Of a stretch of 64,000 nt of DNA, positions 50,211 to 60,840 are shown in pieces. The stretch is from Lysobacteraceae bacterium. Lineage in GTDB: Bacteria; Pseudomonadota; Gammaproteobacteria; Xanthomonadales; Xanthomonadaceae. The notes beneath the pieces are model-generated. The model was given only the letters and a program-made list of their open reading frames with translations. It did no database searches and was not told the origin of the DNA. Where the stretch lies: assembly GCA_014879375.1 (NCBI GenBank), contig JACSSF010000087.1, forward strand, positions 2,118 through 66,117. Direction: 5' to 3'. Position numbers and translations under genes: made by a program. Numbering within the stretch: the first letter of the stretch is position 1; each line of letters begins with the position of its first letter.

Positions 50211-50858
50211 TCAAGGCCCCTGCACGGTTACCTGCAAGCGGTTTTCCGTGGCATTGGCCATGCCCGCGACTTGGTTGAGCTGCAATACACCTTCGAACCC
50301 CCGCAAGGCAGATGACTCCACGCCTACCTTGCGGGTGTGCGTTGTCTTGTCCCCTGGTTCGTTCACGGTGTGCGCCCCTGCTGCCGACGCGATGCCGCTG
50401 GACGACAGGAAGTCGTCACTGGCCTCGCGTATGCCCTGTTGGGCCAGCGCCACGGACACCGCATTGAGCTCGGTGTTGCCGCTGCCGCTGGCCTGATTGA
50501 TCGATGCGATGCCGCTCGCACCCTGCAATGCCTGTCCGCCGATCACGGCGGAGGCATGGGTGGGCGCATTCGCCTGGTTGTCGGTCTGCCGCTGGATCGC
50601 GACGACTTCCGCCATCGCGTTCTCGCCCACCGCGATGCTGCGCAGGTTGGCCTGCACGTTGAGATCGCCCGCCGCCTGGTTGACGGCCATGCTGCCGCGC
50701 GCGCCGCTGAGTGCGCTCCCGTCGATGCGGCTGTCGGCCAGCCATCCCAGCGCTGCCTCGTAATCGATGTCCGATGCCGGCGCCGATTGCGCCAGGCATG
50801 GCGATGCCGCCAGTGCGGCCACCAATGCAAACATCGCGGTCAGAATGCGCGGGCTCAT
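50211..50858 (-). CDS. fapB: FapB-like amyloid nucleator
   Basis: Three repeats: ALSGARGSMAVNQAAGDLNVQAN, ALQGASGIASINQASGSGNTELN, ALRGFEGVLQLNQVAGMANATEN. Confidence 0.88.
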   Translation of the reverse strand: MSPRILTAMFALVAALAASPCLAQSAPASDIDYEAALGWLADSRIDGSALSGARGSMAVNQAAGDLNVQANLRSIAVGENAMAEVVAIQRQTDNQANAPTHASAVIGGQALQGASGIASINQASGSGNTELNAVSVALAQQGIREASDDFLSSSGIASAAGAHTVNEPGDKTTHTRKVGVESSALRGFEGVLQLNQVAGMANATENRLQVTVQGP

Positions 50859-51337
50859 GGCCCGCCTCCGGGCTTGGTGCCCAGCGGGAATTGCGACAGC
50901 GCTCCCTTCACGCTGGCACCGATGCCGCCGGTCACGCCGCCAATCGCGCCGAGCGGACTGTTCAGCGCGCCCATCCCGGCCACGCCGCTGCTGTCCACGC
51001 GTGCATTGGTGTTGCCATCGGTGGCGACGCCGAGCACGTTCCCGATGGATTGTGTCACTTCGGTGGTGCGGGTGGTCGTTCCACCCACCATCGCGGCGAA
51101 GTCGGCATCGGTCATCTCGCCGGCCTGGTGGACCGCCTGCACTTCACGGGTGGGCGTGGGATCGACGATCAGCGCGATGCCCGGCGGTTGCGGACGATAC
51201 GCATGGCGCGCATCGACATTGCGCAGCAGCACCATTTCCCCGGGCTTGGCATGGACACCGATCCGCGCATCGCCCGCCCACGCATGGCCGGCGGCCAGAA
51301 GCAGCGGAATCAGCAACAGCGAAACGGATGCACGCAT
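50855..51337 (-). CDS. fapA: FapA-like periplasmic accessory protein
   Basis: Signal peptide (AWA), GEMVLLRNVDARHAYRP...ALIVDPTP, EMTDADFA, Gly-rich tail; first gene of the operon with ATGA overlap to fapB. Confidence 0.72.
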   Translation of the reverse strand: MRASVSLLLIPLLLAAGHAWAGDARIGVHAKPGEMVLLRNVDARHAYRPQPPGIALIVDPTPTREVQAVHQAGEMTDADFAAMVGGTTTRTTEVTQSIGNVLGVATDGNTNARVDSSGVAGMGALNSPLGAIGGVTGGIGASVKGALSQFPLGTKPGGGP

Positions 51338-51383
51338 GGCAGGGAACCCCCGGATCGGCGATACGCCGGTACCGAGACATCTC

Positions 51384-51398
51384 GCACGCTCCATGCCA
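51384..51398 (-). promoter_or_regulatory. sigma-54 (-24/-12) promoter of the fap operon
   Basis: Minus strand TGGCATGGAGCGTGC = GG-N10-GC, 47 bp before the fapA ATG. Confidence 0.8.
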
Positions 51399-51403
51399 CG
51401 CAG

Positions 51404-51429
51404 AAATATTGTTTTATTTCAGTGGGTTA
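51404..51429. promoter_or_regulatory. IHF-like binding site
   Basis: AT tract AAATATTGTTTTA followed by TTTCAG-TGGG-TTA, close to WATCAR-N4-TTR. Confidence 0.6.
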
Positions 51430-51462
51430 TGGGTTTCAGGCATCGATGCCTGAATCTTTTCC

Positions 51463-51563
51463 CTGTAACACCAGATTTACAGCCTGCGCGCGTTGGCGAT
51501 CATTCAGCTGGCTGTATACAAGGGTGGCTGGTGCTTTTCGATGCGTGTTACATCGATGTCACA
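51463..51563. promoter_or_regulatory. candidate enhancer (UAS) palindromes, TGT-N12-ACA
   Basis: CTGTAA-N8-TTACAG (51463-51482) and TGTTACATCGATGTCACA (51546-51563); extra TGTAACA half-site at 51577-51583. Confidence 0.65.
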
Positions 51564-51590
51564 GCCCGTTCCCGGTTGTAACAGCCGCTG

Positions 51591-52400
51591 TCAACCGGCA
51601 TCCGGACCCGGCAATACCACGTGCACCTGGCTGCCCTGGTCCGGCTGCGATGCCATCCAGATGCGGCCGCCGTGGCGATGCACGATGGCCTGCGCGATGG
51701 CGAGGCCCAGGCCATCGCCCGCGCCTTCGCGGTTGCCATGCAGGCGCATGAAGGGCTCGAAGGGTTGCTCGGCGTCGCGCAAGCGCATCCCGATGCCTGC
51801 ATCGGCCACGGTCAGGTGCAGCGCATCGCCTTCGCGCTCTCCACGGATGCGCACGTGCGCGGCATCGCCGGGTTTGGCGAACTTGCGGCTGTTGTCCAGC
51901 AGTTTGTCGAACAGGATGCGCAACAGGCGCTCGTCGCCCCATGCCTGCAGGTCGGGTTGCACGTCGGCTTCCACGCGAGTTTCAGGATGCTGGCCCCGCA
52001 GGTCCATCAGCGACCAGTCGATGAGAAAACCGATGTCGACGTGGCCGGGCTGCAGCTCGGCGCGGGTCATGCGCGAATATTCCAGCAACGATTCGGTCAG
52101 GTAGCCCAGGCGCGTGGCCGCCGCGCGTATCTTCGCGACCTGTTGGCCGGCCGCTTCATCGGCATCCAGCTCGCGTGCGAGCTGCGCGGCGAAGCTGTCA
52201 ATCGCACGCAAGGGCGCGCGCACGTCGTGCGAAATGCCGTGGGCCATCGCGGCCTGCACCGCGCACATGCGGGCAATCGTGTCTTCCAGCGTTTGGATGC
52301 GCGCGCGCAAGGCCGCGACATCCTCCCCTGCCTGCATCGACGGCGCTTCGGCCGTCGGGTCATCTTCAAAGGGGATCACCGGGGCGGAAGCACTGTTCAT
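51591..52400 (-). CDS. cytoplasmic histidine kinase lacking a sensor domain
   Basis: Short coiled coil, then ISHDVRAPLR (H-box), LLDNSRKF, VADAGIG, FEPFMRL, GLGLAIA; no TM or PAS domain. Confidence 0.85.
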   Translation of the reverse strand: MNSASAPVIPFEDDPTAEAPSMQAGEDVAALRARIQTLEDTIARMCAVQAAMAHGISHDVRAPLRAIDSFAAQLARELDADEAAGQQVAKIRAAATRLGYLTESLLEYSRMTRAELQPGHVDIGFLIDWSLMDLRGQHPETRVEADVQPDLQAWGDERLLRILFDKLLDNSRKFAKPGDAAHVRIRGEREGDALHLTVADAGIGMRLRDAEQPFEPFMRLHGNREGAGDGLGLAIAQAIVHRHGGRIWMASQPDQGSQVHVVLPGPDAG

Positions 52401-52493
52401 CGATCCGTTTTTCTTGGGCTTTTTTCAGGGTACCCGCATTGGCGCGCGACGGGGTCTAAACCACGTGAAGGTATGCGCTGGCAGAATGACGGC

Positions 52494-54293
52494 ATGGAAT
52501 CCCAACAAATCATCTTCTTGCTGATCCTCGCCGGCGGGCTCTATCTGTTCGTCACCGAGAAGCTGCGGGTGGATGTCACCGCGATGCTGATCCTGCTGGC
52601 GCTGGTGCTGACCCGGGTGTTGAAACCGAAGGAAGCGCTGTCCGGTTTCGCCAGCGAGCCGGCGATCATCGTTGCCGCGGTGTTCGTGATTTCCGGCGGC
52701 CTGGCCGCGACCGGCATCACCGAAAAGCTGGGCCAATGGATCGGCAGGGCGGCAGGCAAGGGCGAGGCGCGCACGATCGCGGTGACGATGCCGGCGGTGG
52801 CGGGGCTGTCGGCCTTCACCCACCACGTGATGGTGACCGCGATGATGGTGCCGATCCTGCTGCGCCATGCCCGTGAATACAAATTGCCCGCATCGCGCCT
52901 GTTGATGCCGATGTCGCTGGCGGCCTCGCTCGGCACCACGCTCACCTTGGTCAGCGCCCCGGCGTTCCTGCTGGCCGACGACATGATCACCCGCACCGAG
53001 GGCGGCAAGGGCCTGGGCATCTTCTCCATCACCCCGATCGGCATCGCGCTGGTGGCGGTGGGCGTCATCTACATGCTGCTGGCGCGTTGGCTGATCCCCA
53101 AGCGCAGCGGCGAGCAGGGCGACGAGGACTACCTGCGCCTGGACCGCTACCGCACCGAATTGCTGGTGATGAAGGATTCGCGCTGGGCCACCCGGCCGTT
53201 GTCGGACCTGCAGAAGGCCTTCGGCGTGCGCGTGCTCGGCTGGCTGCGCGAAGGGGTGCGCCGTGACGACCTGACCCCGGACAGTCCGATGCTCTCGGGC
53301 GACATCCTGTTGGTGGAAGCCCCCGCGGACGAGCTCAAGTCGCTGCACGACGATCTGGGGCTGGACCTGTATGCGCTCAACCGGCATGGTGCTACCGCCG
53401 GCGGCGAAGGTGATTCGCAGTTCGTGCAGGCGGTGGTGGCGCCGGGCTCGGAATTCATCGGCCGCTCGATCCGCGAACTGGAGTTCTCCAAGCAGTTCAA
53501 TGCGGTGATCGCCGGCCTGTGGCGGCGCGATGGCGCGATCGCCCCGCGCCTGTCGGATGCACGCCTGCGCGAAGGCGACCTGCTGGTGTTGTGGGGCAAA
53601 CCCAGTCGCTTCAGCGACCTGGCCCAGCACCACGGCTTCCTGATGCTGGTGCCTTTCGCCGGCGAAACCCGGCGGCGCATCCGCGCGCCGCTGGCGCTCG
53701 CGATCCTCATCGCGACGGTCGTCGCCGCCGCCACCGAATGGCTGCCGGCGCCTCTCGCCTTCCTGCTCGGCGCAGTCGCGATGGTCGCCACGCGTTGCGT
53801 CGACATCGACCGGGCGTATCGCGAGATCGACGTGCGCATCTTCGTGATGATCGCCGGCGTCATCCCGCTCGGCATCGCGATGGAACAGACCGGCACCGCG
53901 GACCTGCTGGCCAAGGGACTGTTGCACGTGGTGGAAGGCTGGCCGCCGCTCGCGGTGCTGCTGGTGATGTTCACCGTCGCCGCCTTCCTCACCCAGATCA
54001 TGTCGGATGCCGCGACCACTGCGCTGCTCGGCCCGGTCGCCATTTCGCTGGCGCAGGCGCTGGATACCCCCATCACGCCCTACGTGGTGTGCACGGCGCT
54101 CGGCGCGGTCGTCGCCTTCCTCACCCCAATCGGCCATCACGGCAACCTGCTCATCCTCGGTCCCGGCCGCTACACCTTCGGCGACTTCCTCAAGATCGGC
54201 TTGCCGCTGACGGTGGTGATCGCGTTGGTCAGCGCGTGGATGGCGCGATGGCTGTGGCTGGGCGGCCCGCTGTGGCCGTCGTTCGGCGGTTGA
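52494..54293 (+). CDS. SLC13/DASS family permease with TrkA-C domains
   Basis: LRVDVTA, EALSGFAS, SRLLMPMS, central LREGDLL, AFLTPIGHHGN; start at ATG 52494 (MESQQIIF). Confidence 0.88.
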   Translation: MESQQIIFLLILAGGLYLFVTEKLRVDVTAMLILLALVLTRVLKPKEALSGFASEPAIIVAAVFVISGGLAATGITEKLGQWIGRAAGKGEARTIAVTMPAVAGLSAFTHHVMVTAMMVPILLRHAREYKLPASRLLMPMSLAASLGTTLTLVSAPAFLLADDMITRTEGGKGLGIFSITPIGIALVAVGVIYMLLARWLIPKRSGEQGDEDYLRLDRYRTELLVMKDSRWATRPLSDLQKAFGVRVLGWLREGVRRDDLTPDSPMLSGDILLVEAPADELKSLHDDLGLDLYALNRHGATAGGEGDSQFVQAVVAPGSEFIGRSIRELEFSKQFNAVIAGLWRRDGAIAPRLSDARLREGDLLVLWGKPSRFSDLAQHHGFLMLVPFAGETRRRIRAPLALAILIATVVAAATEWLPAPLAFLLGAVAMVATRCVDIDRAYREIDVRIFVMIAGVIPLGIAMEQTGTADLLAKGLLHVVEGWPPLAVLLVMFTVAAFLTQIMSDAATTALLGPVAISLAQALDTPITPYVVCTALGAVVAFLTPIGHHGNLLILGPGRYTFGDFLKIGLPLTVVIALVSAWMARWLWLGGPLWPSFGG

Positions 54294-54308
54294 TGCTGCG
54301 GTCGCGGC

Positions 54309-55415
54309 TCAGAACAGTTCGCCCTGCGGCGTGATCTTCCTTGGCGGGGTGAACGCCGAATCATCCAGCGGCGGCATCCCGGTGAAACCGAGCCGCGCAT
54401 AGGCCTTGCGAAAGCGCTGGGTGATCAATTGCGCGAACGGCCCTTCGCCGCGCATGCGCGTCCCGAAGCGACTGTCGTAATCCTTGCCGCCGCGCATCTG
54501 CCGGATCAGGCTCATCACGTGCGCCGCGCGATCGGGATAATGCAACTGCAGCCATTCACGCCAGACCTCCTTCAGCTCATGCGGCAGGCGCAGCAGCACA
54601 TGGCCTGCGCTCATCGCCCCGGCCTCGTGCACGGCTTCCAGGATGTACTCGATCTCGGCATCGGTGATCATCGGGATGATCGGCGCCACCAGCGCGCCGA
54701 CCGGCACGCCGGCCTCGCGCAGCAGGCGGATGTTCTTCAGCCGCGTGTGCGGCGCGGCCGCGCGCGGTTCCAGCCTGGACGACAGGTGGTTGTCGAGCGT
54801 GGTGACCGACACCATCACGTGAACCAAGTCGCGCCGCGCGAGTTCGGCCAACAGGTCGATGTCGCGGGTGATCAGCGACGACTTGGTGACGATGGACAGC
54901 GGATGCCGCGCCTCCAGCAGCACTTCAAGGCATTCGCGGCTGATCCGGTGCCCGCGTTCGATCGGCTGCCAGCCGTCGGTGTTGATGCCGAGCGCGATGG
55001 GGTGTGGCTGGTAGCCGGGCTTCGCCAATTCTTCGCGCAGGCGTTCGGCGGCATTGGTCTTGGCGCTCAGCTTGGTCTCGAAATCGAGCCCCGGCGAGAG
55101 ATCCAGGTACGCATGCGATGGCCGCGCGAAGCAATACACGCAACCATGCTCGCAGCCGCGATACGGGTTCACCGATTGCGAAAAGCCGATATCGGGCGAT
55201 TGGTTGCGGCTGATGATGGTGCGCGCGCGTTCGATGCGGACCTCGGTGCGCGGCGGTAGCGACGGATCGGTCTCGTCCTCGGCGTAGAGCGAGCCCCAGC
55301 CATCGTCCTCGCCCGCGCTGACCGTTTTCTCGAAGCGCCCGACCACCTGGGATGCCGCCCCGCGCCCCTTGATCACGTGGGCCTGGGGCATGCGGATTTT
55401 GTCGGGGCTGGCCAT
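54309..55415 (-). CDS. PA0069 family radical SAM protein
   Basis: KGRGAAS, SVNPYRGCEHGCVYCFARPSH, LEPRAAAP. Confidence 0.9.
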   Translation of the reverse strand: MASPDKIRMPQAHVIKGRGAASQVVGRFEKTVSAGEDDGWGSLYAEDETDPSLPPRTEVRIERARTIISRNQSPDIGFSQSVNPYRGCEHGCVYCFARPSHAYLDLSPGLDFETKLSAKTNAAERLREELAKPGYQPHPIALGINTDGWQPIERGHRISRECLEVLLEARHPLSIVTKSSLITRDIDLLAELARRDLVHVMVSVTTLDNHLSSRLEPRAAAPHTRLKNIRLLREAGVPVGALVAPIIPMITDAEIEYILEAVHEAGAMSAGHVLLRLPHELKEVWREWLQLHYPDRAAHVMSLIRQMRGGKDYDSRFGTRMRGEGPFAQLITQRFRKAYARLGFTGMPPLDDSAFTPPRKITPQGELF

Positions 55416-55468
55416 GCGGTTAGCCTAGCGTCGGAAAGTCGCATGGCCTGCGATACGGAACACATCAG

Positions 55469-56938
55469 ATGCAGGATCTGCTGAATGCGATACACGCCGG
55501 CTGGGACGCCTTCTGGGCCATTCCGCACATCAAGACCTGGCTCCTCGTGGGCTGGCTGGCCTATCTCCTTTGGCTGAGCGGCTGGATCGTCCTGCAGAAG
55601 CGTGAGCCGGCGGCGACGCTCAGCTGGCTGATGTGTCTGGCCTTCCTGCCCTACCTCGGCTTCCTCATCTATTACCTGTTGGGGCCGCAGAAGATCGAGC
55701 GCCATCGCCTGCGCCGGGCCCGCCGGCGTGTCGCCTTGGGCGCGCTCGATGACGAGAGCCGCAATCCCGAGTTCGCCGAAATGCAGCGCATGGTGCGCGC
55801 CACCACCGGCTTTCCGCCGGCCTCGGCCACCCGCATCGAATTGCTGGTCGATGGCAGCCGCAAGTATCCGCGCTTGCTGGAAGACATCGCCGCGGCCACG
55901 CGCGAGATCCACGTGGAGTACTACATCTACGAGCCGGACCAGAACGGCACGCGTCTGCGCGATGCCCTGGTCGACGCGGCCCGACGCGGCGTCAAGGTGC
56001 GCCTGCTGCTGGACGCGCTGGGTTCGAAGAAGGCCTCGCGGCGGTTCTTCCAGCCGTTGCTGGAGGCCGGTGGCCAGCTTGCCTGGTTCCACCCGATGCG
56101 GATCAGCCGCCTGTGGGAATTCTGGAAACGCCCGTGGGTGAACCTGCGCACCCACCGCAAGATCGTGCTGATCGATGGCCGCATCGGCTACACCGGCGGC
56201 ATCAACATCACCGACGAGGAGGACGACCGCCTGCGCGACGATGCCTACCGCGACCTCCACCTGCGCATGGAGGGCAACGTGGTGCGTGAGCTGCAGCAGG
56301 TCTTCGTCGAGGACTGGATCTACGCCACCGATGACCGCAGCCTGCTCTCGGAGGTGGTCAGCGGGATGCCGCCGCCGACGGCCGGCGACATCCCGGTGCA
56401 GATCGTCACCTCCGGACCGGACTCCCGCTGGGAGGCGATCCACCGCGCGCATGTCTCGGCAATCCACGCCGCCCAGCGCCGGGTCTGGATGACCACGCCC
56501 TACTTTGTCCCCGGCGAAGCAGCGATGATGGCCTTGACCTCGGCCGCGCTTGGCGGCATCGACGTGCGCCTGATGGTGCCGAAAATGAGCGACAGCAAGC
56601 TGGTCACCTTCGCGGCGCGCTCCTATTACGACGAACTGCTGGCGGCGGGCGTCAAGGTCTACGAGTACGGTCCGCGCCTGTTGCACAGCAAGACCTTGCT
56701 CGTCGATGACGACCTGGCGATGATCGGCAGCGCCAATTTCGACAACCGCAGCTTCCGCCTCAACTTCGAGGTGCACGCGCTGATCCACGACCGCGACATC
56801 GCCCGGCAACTCGAGCAATTGATCGATGGCGAATTCGCTCATGCCCCGCGCGTGCGTGATCCGGCGGGCGCACGCCGCCCCCTGTTCAGTGCACGCCTGC
56901 CCGAAGCCGTGGCCCGATTGATGTCGCCCTTGCTGTGA
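55469..56938 (+). CDS. cls: cardiolipin synthase
   Basis: Two N-terminal TMs and two HKD motifs (RTHRKIVLIDG, LHSKTLLVDD...GSANFDNRS). Confidence 0.93.
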   Translation: MQDLLNAIHAGWDAFWAIPHIKTWLLVGWLAYLLWLSGWIVLQKREPAATLSWLMCLAFLPYLGFLIYYLLGPQKIERHRLRRARRRVALGALDDESRNPEFAEMQRMVRATTGFPPASATRIELLVDGSRKYPRLLEDIAAATREIHVEYYIYEPDQNGTRLRDALVDAARRGVKVRLLLDALGSKKASRRFFQPLLEAGGQLAWFHPMRISRLWEFWKRPWVNLRTHRKIVLIDGRIGYTGGINITDEEDDRLRDDAYRDLHLRMEGNVVRELQQVFVEDWIYATDDRSLLSEVVSGMPPPTAGDIPVQIVTSGPDSRWEAIHRAHVSAIHAAQRRVWMTTPYFVPGEAAMMALTSAALGGIDVRLMVPKMSDSKLVTFAARSYYDELLAAGVKVYEYGPRLLHSKTLLVDDDLAMIGSANFDNRSFRLNFEVHALIHDRDIARQLEQLIDGEFAHAPRVRDPAGARRPLFSARLPEAVARLMSPLL

Positions 56939-57032
56939 TTCAAGTCATGAACGGCCTTTTTTGCGTCCCGGGCGGCGCTGCCACGCCCGTCCTGTCTCGC
57001 TACACTCCCTCCATCCCCCGAGGAGTCTGCCC

Positions 57033-57482
57033 ATGTACTGGCTGCTCTTGCCCGTTGCCGCGCTGATGTTGGTGCTCGCATTGCGCACGCCTTCCCCCGG
57101 GCTGATGATGATGTGGCTCTGCCTGATGCTTGCTACCTTGGCCATCTGGACGTGGCTGCGTTATCGCCAGCTGTTCCCGGTTCGTGAAACGCGTGTGGAC
57201 ATGACGCCGCTCGACCCCGCCGAACTTGCCCGCCTGCGCCAGCAGATGCAGGCCAACCGCGAGGCCGAAGCTGTGGCCCACGCCGCCGCCGATGCCGAGG
57301 CGCTGCATCCGATCCACCCCATCGCCCATCCCTTGCACGCGCAGGCCACGACGCACCGGGTTGCACCTGCCGCTGAACCTTCCGCGCCGCCTGCCGAGGA
57401 ACGGCCATTGACCGGACGCGCGGTGTTCGTGGTCTCGGACGAGCCGGCTTCCGTCATTATCCCGGGTGAACGCAGCGCGTGA
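57033..57482 (+). CDS. hypothetical membrane protein (2 TM, Ala/Pro/His-rich tail)
   Basis: GAGGAG RBS; TACACT at 57001-57006; GTGA overlap with pdxJ. Confidence 0.7.
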   Translation: MYWLLLPVAALMLVLALRTPSPGLMMMWLCLMLATLAIWTWLRYRQLFPVRETRVDMTPLDPAELARLRQQMQANREAEAVAHAAADAEALHPIHPIAHPLHAQATTHRVAPAAEPSAPPAEERPLTGRAVFVVSDEPASVIIPGERSA

Positions 57483-58237
57483 GCACCCGCCTCAGCGTCA
57501 ATGTCAACAAGATCGCCGTCCTGCGCAACTCGCGCGGCGGCCACGAACCCGACGTGGTCCGCGCCGCGCGCACATGTCTGGATGCCGGTGCGCACGGCAT
57601 CACCGTGCACCCGCGCCCGGATGCCCGCCACATCCGCGAGGACGACGTCCATGCCCTCGCCGCGCTGTGTGGTGAATACGACGTCGAATTCAACCTGGAA
57701 GGCAACCCTTTTGCGCCGCCCCGGCCGGGCTATCCCGGCTTCCTCGCCCTGTGTGATGCCGTGCGCCCGGCGCAGGCAACCCTGGTGCCGGATGGCGATG
57801 GCCAGATCACCTCCGACCACGGCTTCGATTTCGCCCGCGACATCCCGGCGCTGACCCCGCTGGTGGGTGCCTTGAAGGCTCTCGGATGTCGCGTCAGCCT
57901 GTTCGCCGATGCCGGCGATCCTGCCCTCACCCACGCGCGCGATTGCGGCGCCGACCGCATCGAGCTCTACACCGGCCCCTATGCCGAGGCGTACGCCCGC
58001 GGCGACATGACCGCACTGGCCGCCTGCGCACGCGCCGCCGGCATTGCTCATGTCGCGGGCCTCGGCGTCAACGCCGGGCATGACCTGTCGCAGGACAACC
58101 TCGGCGATTTCCTGCGCGGCGTATCGCGTGTCGAAGAAGTGTCGATCGGCCATGCATTGATCGGCGAAGCCCTGTACGCCGGCCTGCATGACACCGTCCG
58201 AGCTTATCTTGAGATCATAAAAAACGCCGCCCGGTAA
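57479..58237 (+). CDS. pdxJ: pyridoxine 5'-phosphate synthase
   Basis: [47 protein letters not shown]. Confidence 0.95.
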   Translation: MSTRLSVNVNKIAVLRNSRGGHEPDVVRAARTCLDAGAHGITVHPRPDARHIREDDVHALAALCGEYDVEFNLEGNPFAPPRPGYPGFLALCDAVRPAQATLVPDGDGQITSDHGFDFARDIPALTPLVGALKALGCRVSLFADAGDPALTHARDCGADRIELYTGPYAEAYARGDMTALAACARAAGIAHVAGLGVNAGHDLSQDNLGDFLRGVSRVEEVSIGHALIGEALYAGLHDTVRAYLEIIKNAAR

Positions 58238-58247
58238 GGGGCGGCGT
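58219..58247 (-). terminator. rho-independent terminator for the tonB-exbBD transcript
   Basis: ACGCCGCCC / GGGCGGCGT stem with A6 on the + strand 5' side (U-tract on the minus strand). Confidence 0.75.
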
Positions 58248-58291
58248 CGATCCACTCATATCGAAAGCGGGCGGCGGGCGCCCGCTGAATG

Positions 58292-58708
58292 TCACTCGCT
58301 CTGCAGGAAGCCGATCTTCTGCATCTCGGCGTTCTTGGCTGCGGCCAACACCTGCGCCAACACCTCGTATTCGGCATCGTCGTTGGTCTGGATCTGCAGC
58401 TGCGGCTGGTTGGCCGGGTCCTTCTGGACCTCGGACGACATCATGTTTTCCAGCGCACTGATCGGGGTCGGCGAATCGTTCCAGAACACCTGGCCCGACG
58501 CATCGATGCGCAGCTTGATCGGCTCCGGCGGATCCTTGTCCTCCGGCGGCGGGGTCTGCGATTTTTGCGGCAGGTCGATCTTGATCGGGTAGGACTGGAT
58601 GGGCATGGTCACCATGAAGATGATCAGGAGCACCAACATCACGTCGACCAGCGGCGTCACGTTGATGTCGGCCATCGGGCCCTTGCCACCACCTGAAGTA
58701 AATGCCAT
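58292..58708 (-). CDS. exbD: biopolymer transporter ExbD (second copy)
   Basis: [20 protein letters not shown]. Confidence 0.92.
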   Translation of the reverse strand: MAFTSGGGKGPMADINVTPLVDVMLVLLIIFMVTMPIQSYPIKIDLPQKSQTPPPEDKDPPEPIKLRIDASGQVFWNDSPTPISALENMMSSEVQKDPANQPQLQIQTNDDAEYEVLAQVLAAAKNAEMQKIGFLQSE

Positions 58709-58720
58709 GGCGGATGCTCC

Positions 58721-59164
58721 TTAGTTCTTCTTCTCGCGGGTCGCCACGTAACCGATGTCCAACATGCCCTGTTGCTGGGCGATCTTGGTGATTTCGTTGA
58801 TGACACGCAGTTTGGTGGTGCGGTCGCCGCGCAGGTTGAGCGGCGGCTGCGGTTGCTTCTGGGCTTCGCTGGACAGACGGCTTTCGATCAAGTCACGGCT
58901 GATCGGTTCGTCGTTCCAGAACAGCTCGCCCGATTCGGTCACCGAGATGGTGATCGGCGAGCCGTTCTTGTTGCGAGCCTCGTCGGCACGCTTCACTTCC
59001 GGCGTCAACTCCGCACGCGGCAGTTCGACCTTGGTTTTGTGGTTCATCAGCGGCGTAGTGATCATGAAGATGATCAGCAGCACCAGCATCACGTCCACGA
59101 GGGGCGTGACGTTGATGTCGGCCATGACGCCGCCGCCGCTATCGTTTCCGCTACTCATTGCCAT
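58721..59164 (-). CDS. exbD: biopolymer transporter ExbD (first copy)
   Basis: [28 protein letters not shown]. Confidence 0.92.
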   Translation of the reverse strand: MAMSSGNDSGGGVMADINVTPLVDVMLVLLIIFMITTPLMNHKTKVELPRAELTPEVKRADEARNKNGSPITISVTESGELFWNDEPISRDLIESRLSSEAQKQPQPPLNLRGDRTTKLRVINEITKIAQQQGMLDIGYVATREKKN

Positions 59165-59225
59165 GGTGCAGGATTTCCTTGGTCAAGCTTGGGGCGTGAA
59201 AAATGGAGCCGGGAGGCCGCTGGGA

Positions 59226-59972
59226 TCAGCGGCCAGCCTCGCCGACGCGCGAACCGGTCGCGAAGAAGTCGTGCAGGTCGTGCGCGAAGGTGTCGAACTT
59301 GGCGTTGGTGACGCGGTTCAGGCGGCTGAAGAAGTTGTACGCCAACACCGCCGGGATCGCCACGAACAGACCCAGCGCGGTCATGATCAGCGCCTCGCCC
59401 ACCGGGCCGGCCACGGCCGAGATGGAGGCGTCGCCGGTCGAACCGATGCGGATCAGCGCGTGGTAGATGCCCCACACCGTACCCAGCAGACCGACGAACG
59501 GCGCGGTCGCACCGACGGTCGCCAGCAGGGTCAGGCCATTGTCGAGCTTGGCGCTTTCACGGGTCACGGCCTGGCGCAGGGCGCGATCCACGAACTCCGA
59601 GCGGTTCAGCGACTCAGCCAGGCGCGAGCCTTCGTGACGCTGGTGGTGGGCAGCTGCCTGGGCAGCGTCCAGCGCAATCTTGGAGAACGGCTCGGACTTC
59701 GGCTGCTCTTCCATGTAGCGGATGGCGTCCTGGGCGTTCGGCGTCTGCCAGAACGTGGTGACCACGCGGTCGGCGCTGCCGCGCAGGCGCATGTTCTTCA
59801 CGAGGTTGACCACGATCCAGTAGACCGAGAACAGCGAGAAGATGACCAGCGTGATGAAGACGACCCAGCCGACAAAGTCGAAGTGCTGGATCAGGTTGCC
59901 AAAGCTCATCTGGTTGAGCGCTTCGGCATTGTTGCCGCCGGCGGCGGTCGGGGTGGTGGGCTGCTGCAGCAT
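59226..59972 (-). CDS. exbB: MotA/TolQ/ExbB proton channel protein
   Basis: LATVGATAPFVGLLGTVWGI, GEALIMTALGLFVAIPA. Confidence 0.93.
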   Translation of the reverse strand: MLQQPTTPTAAGGNNAEALNQMSFGNLIQHFDFVGWVVFITLVIFSLFSVYWIVVNLVKNMRLRGSADRVVTTFWQTPNAQDAIRYMEEQPKSEPFSKIALDAAQAAAHHQRHEGSRLAESLNRSEFVDRALRQAVTRESAKLDNGLTLLATVGATAPFVGLLGTVWGIYHALIRIGSTGDASISAVAGPVGEALIMTALGLFVAIPAVLAYNFFSRLNRVTNAKFDTFAHDLHDFFATGSRVGEAGR

Positions 59973-60039
59973 GACGCTTACCTTTGTTGAGTGGATGAAG
60001 AGACCCACGGGGTCAAGTAAGTGATGAAACGTAATTGAA

Positions 60040-60717
<678 letters not shown>

Positions 60718-60840
60718 TGTTGCTGGGCGCGGACGCCCGGTTCATGGAGACTGCCGCCCGAAAGCGGCAGGAACCTGCAAGCTTATACCAAACCCCGCGC
60801 GCGATGTACTACGCGCGGAGCCGGTTTTGTGCGGCAGGCC

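Noticed and set aside
51621..54293. 890-aa ORF suggesting a large fusion transporter
   Set aside because: The first 291 codons are the antisense shadow of the histidine kinase and the intergenic gap; the permease begins at 52494
58600..59130. Near-identical DNA at the 5' ends of the two exbD genes as a recent duplication
   Set aside because: Reflects the conserved ExbD TM motif; twin exbD genes are normal at this locus in the family
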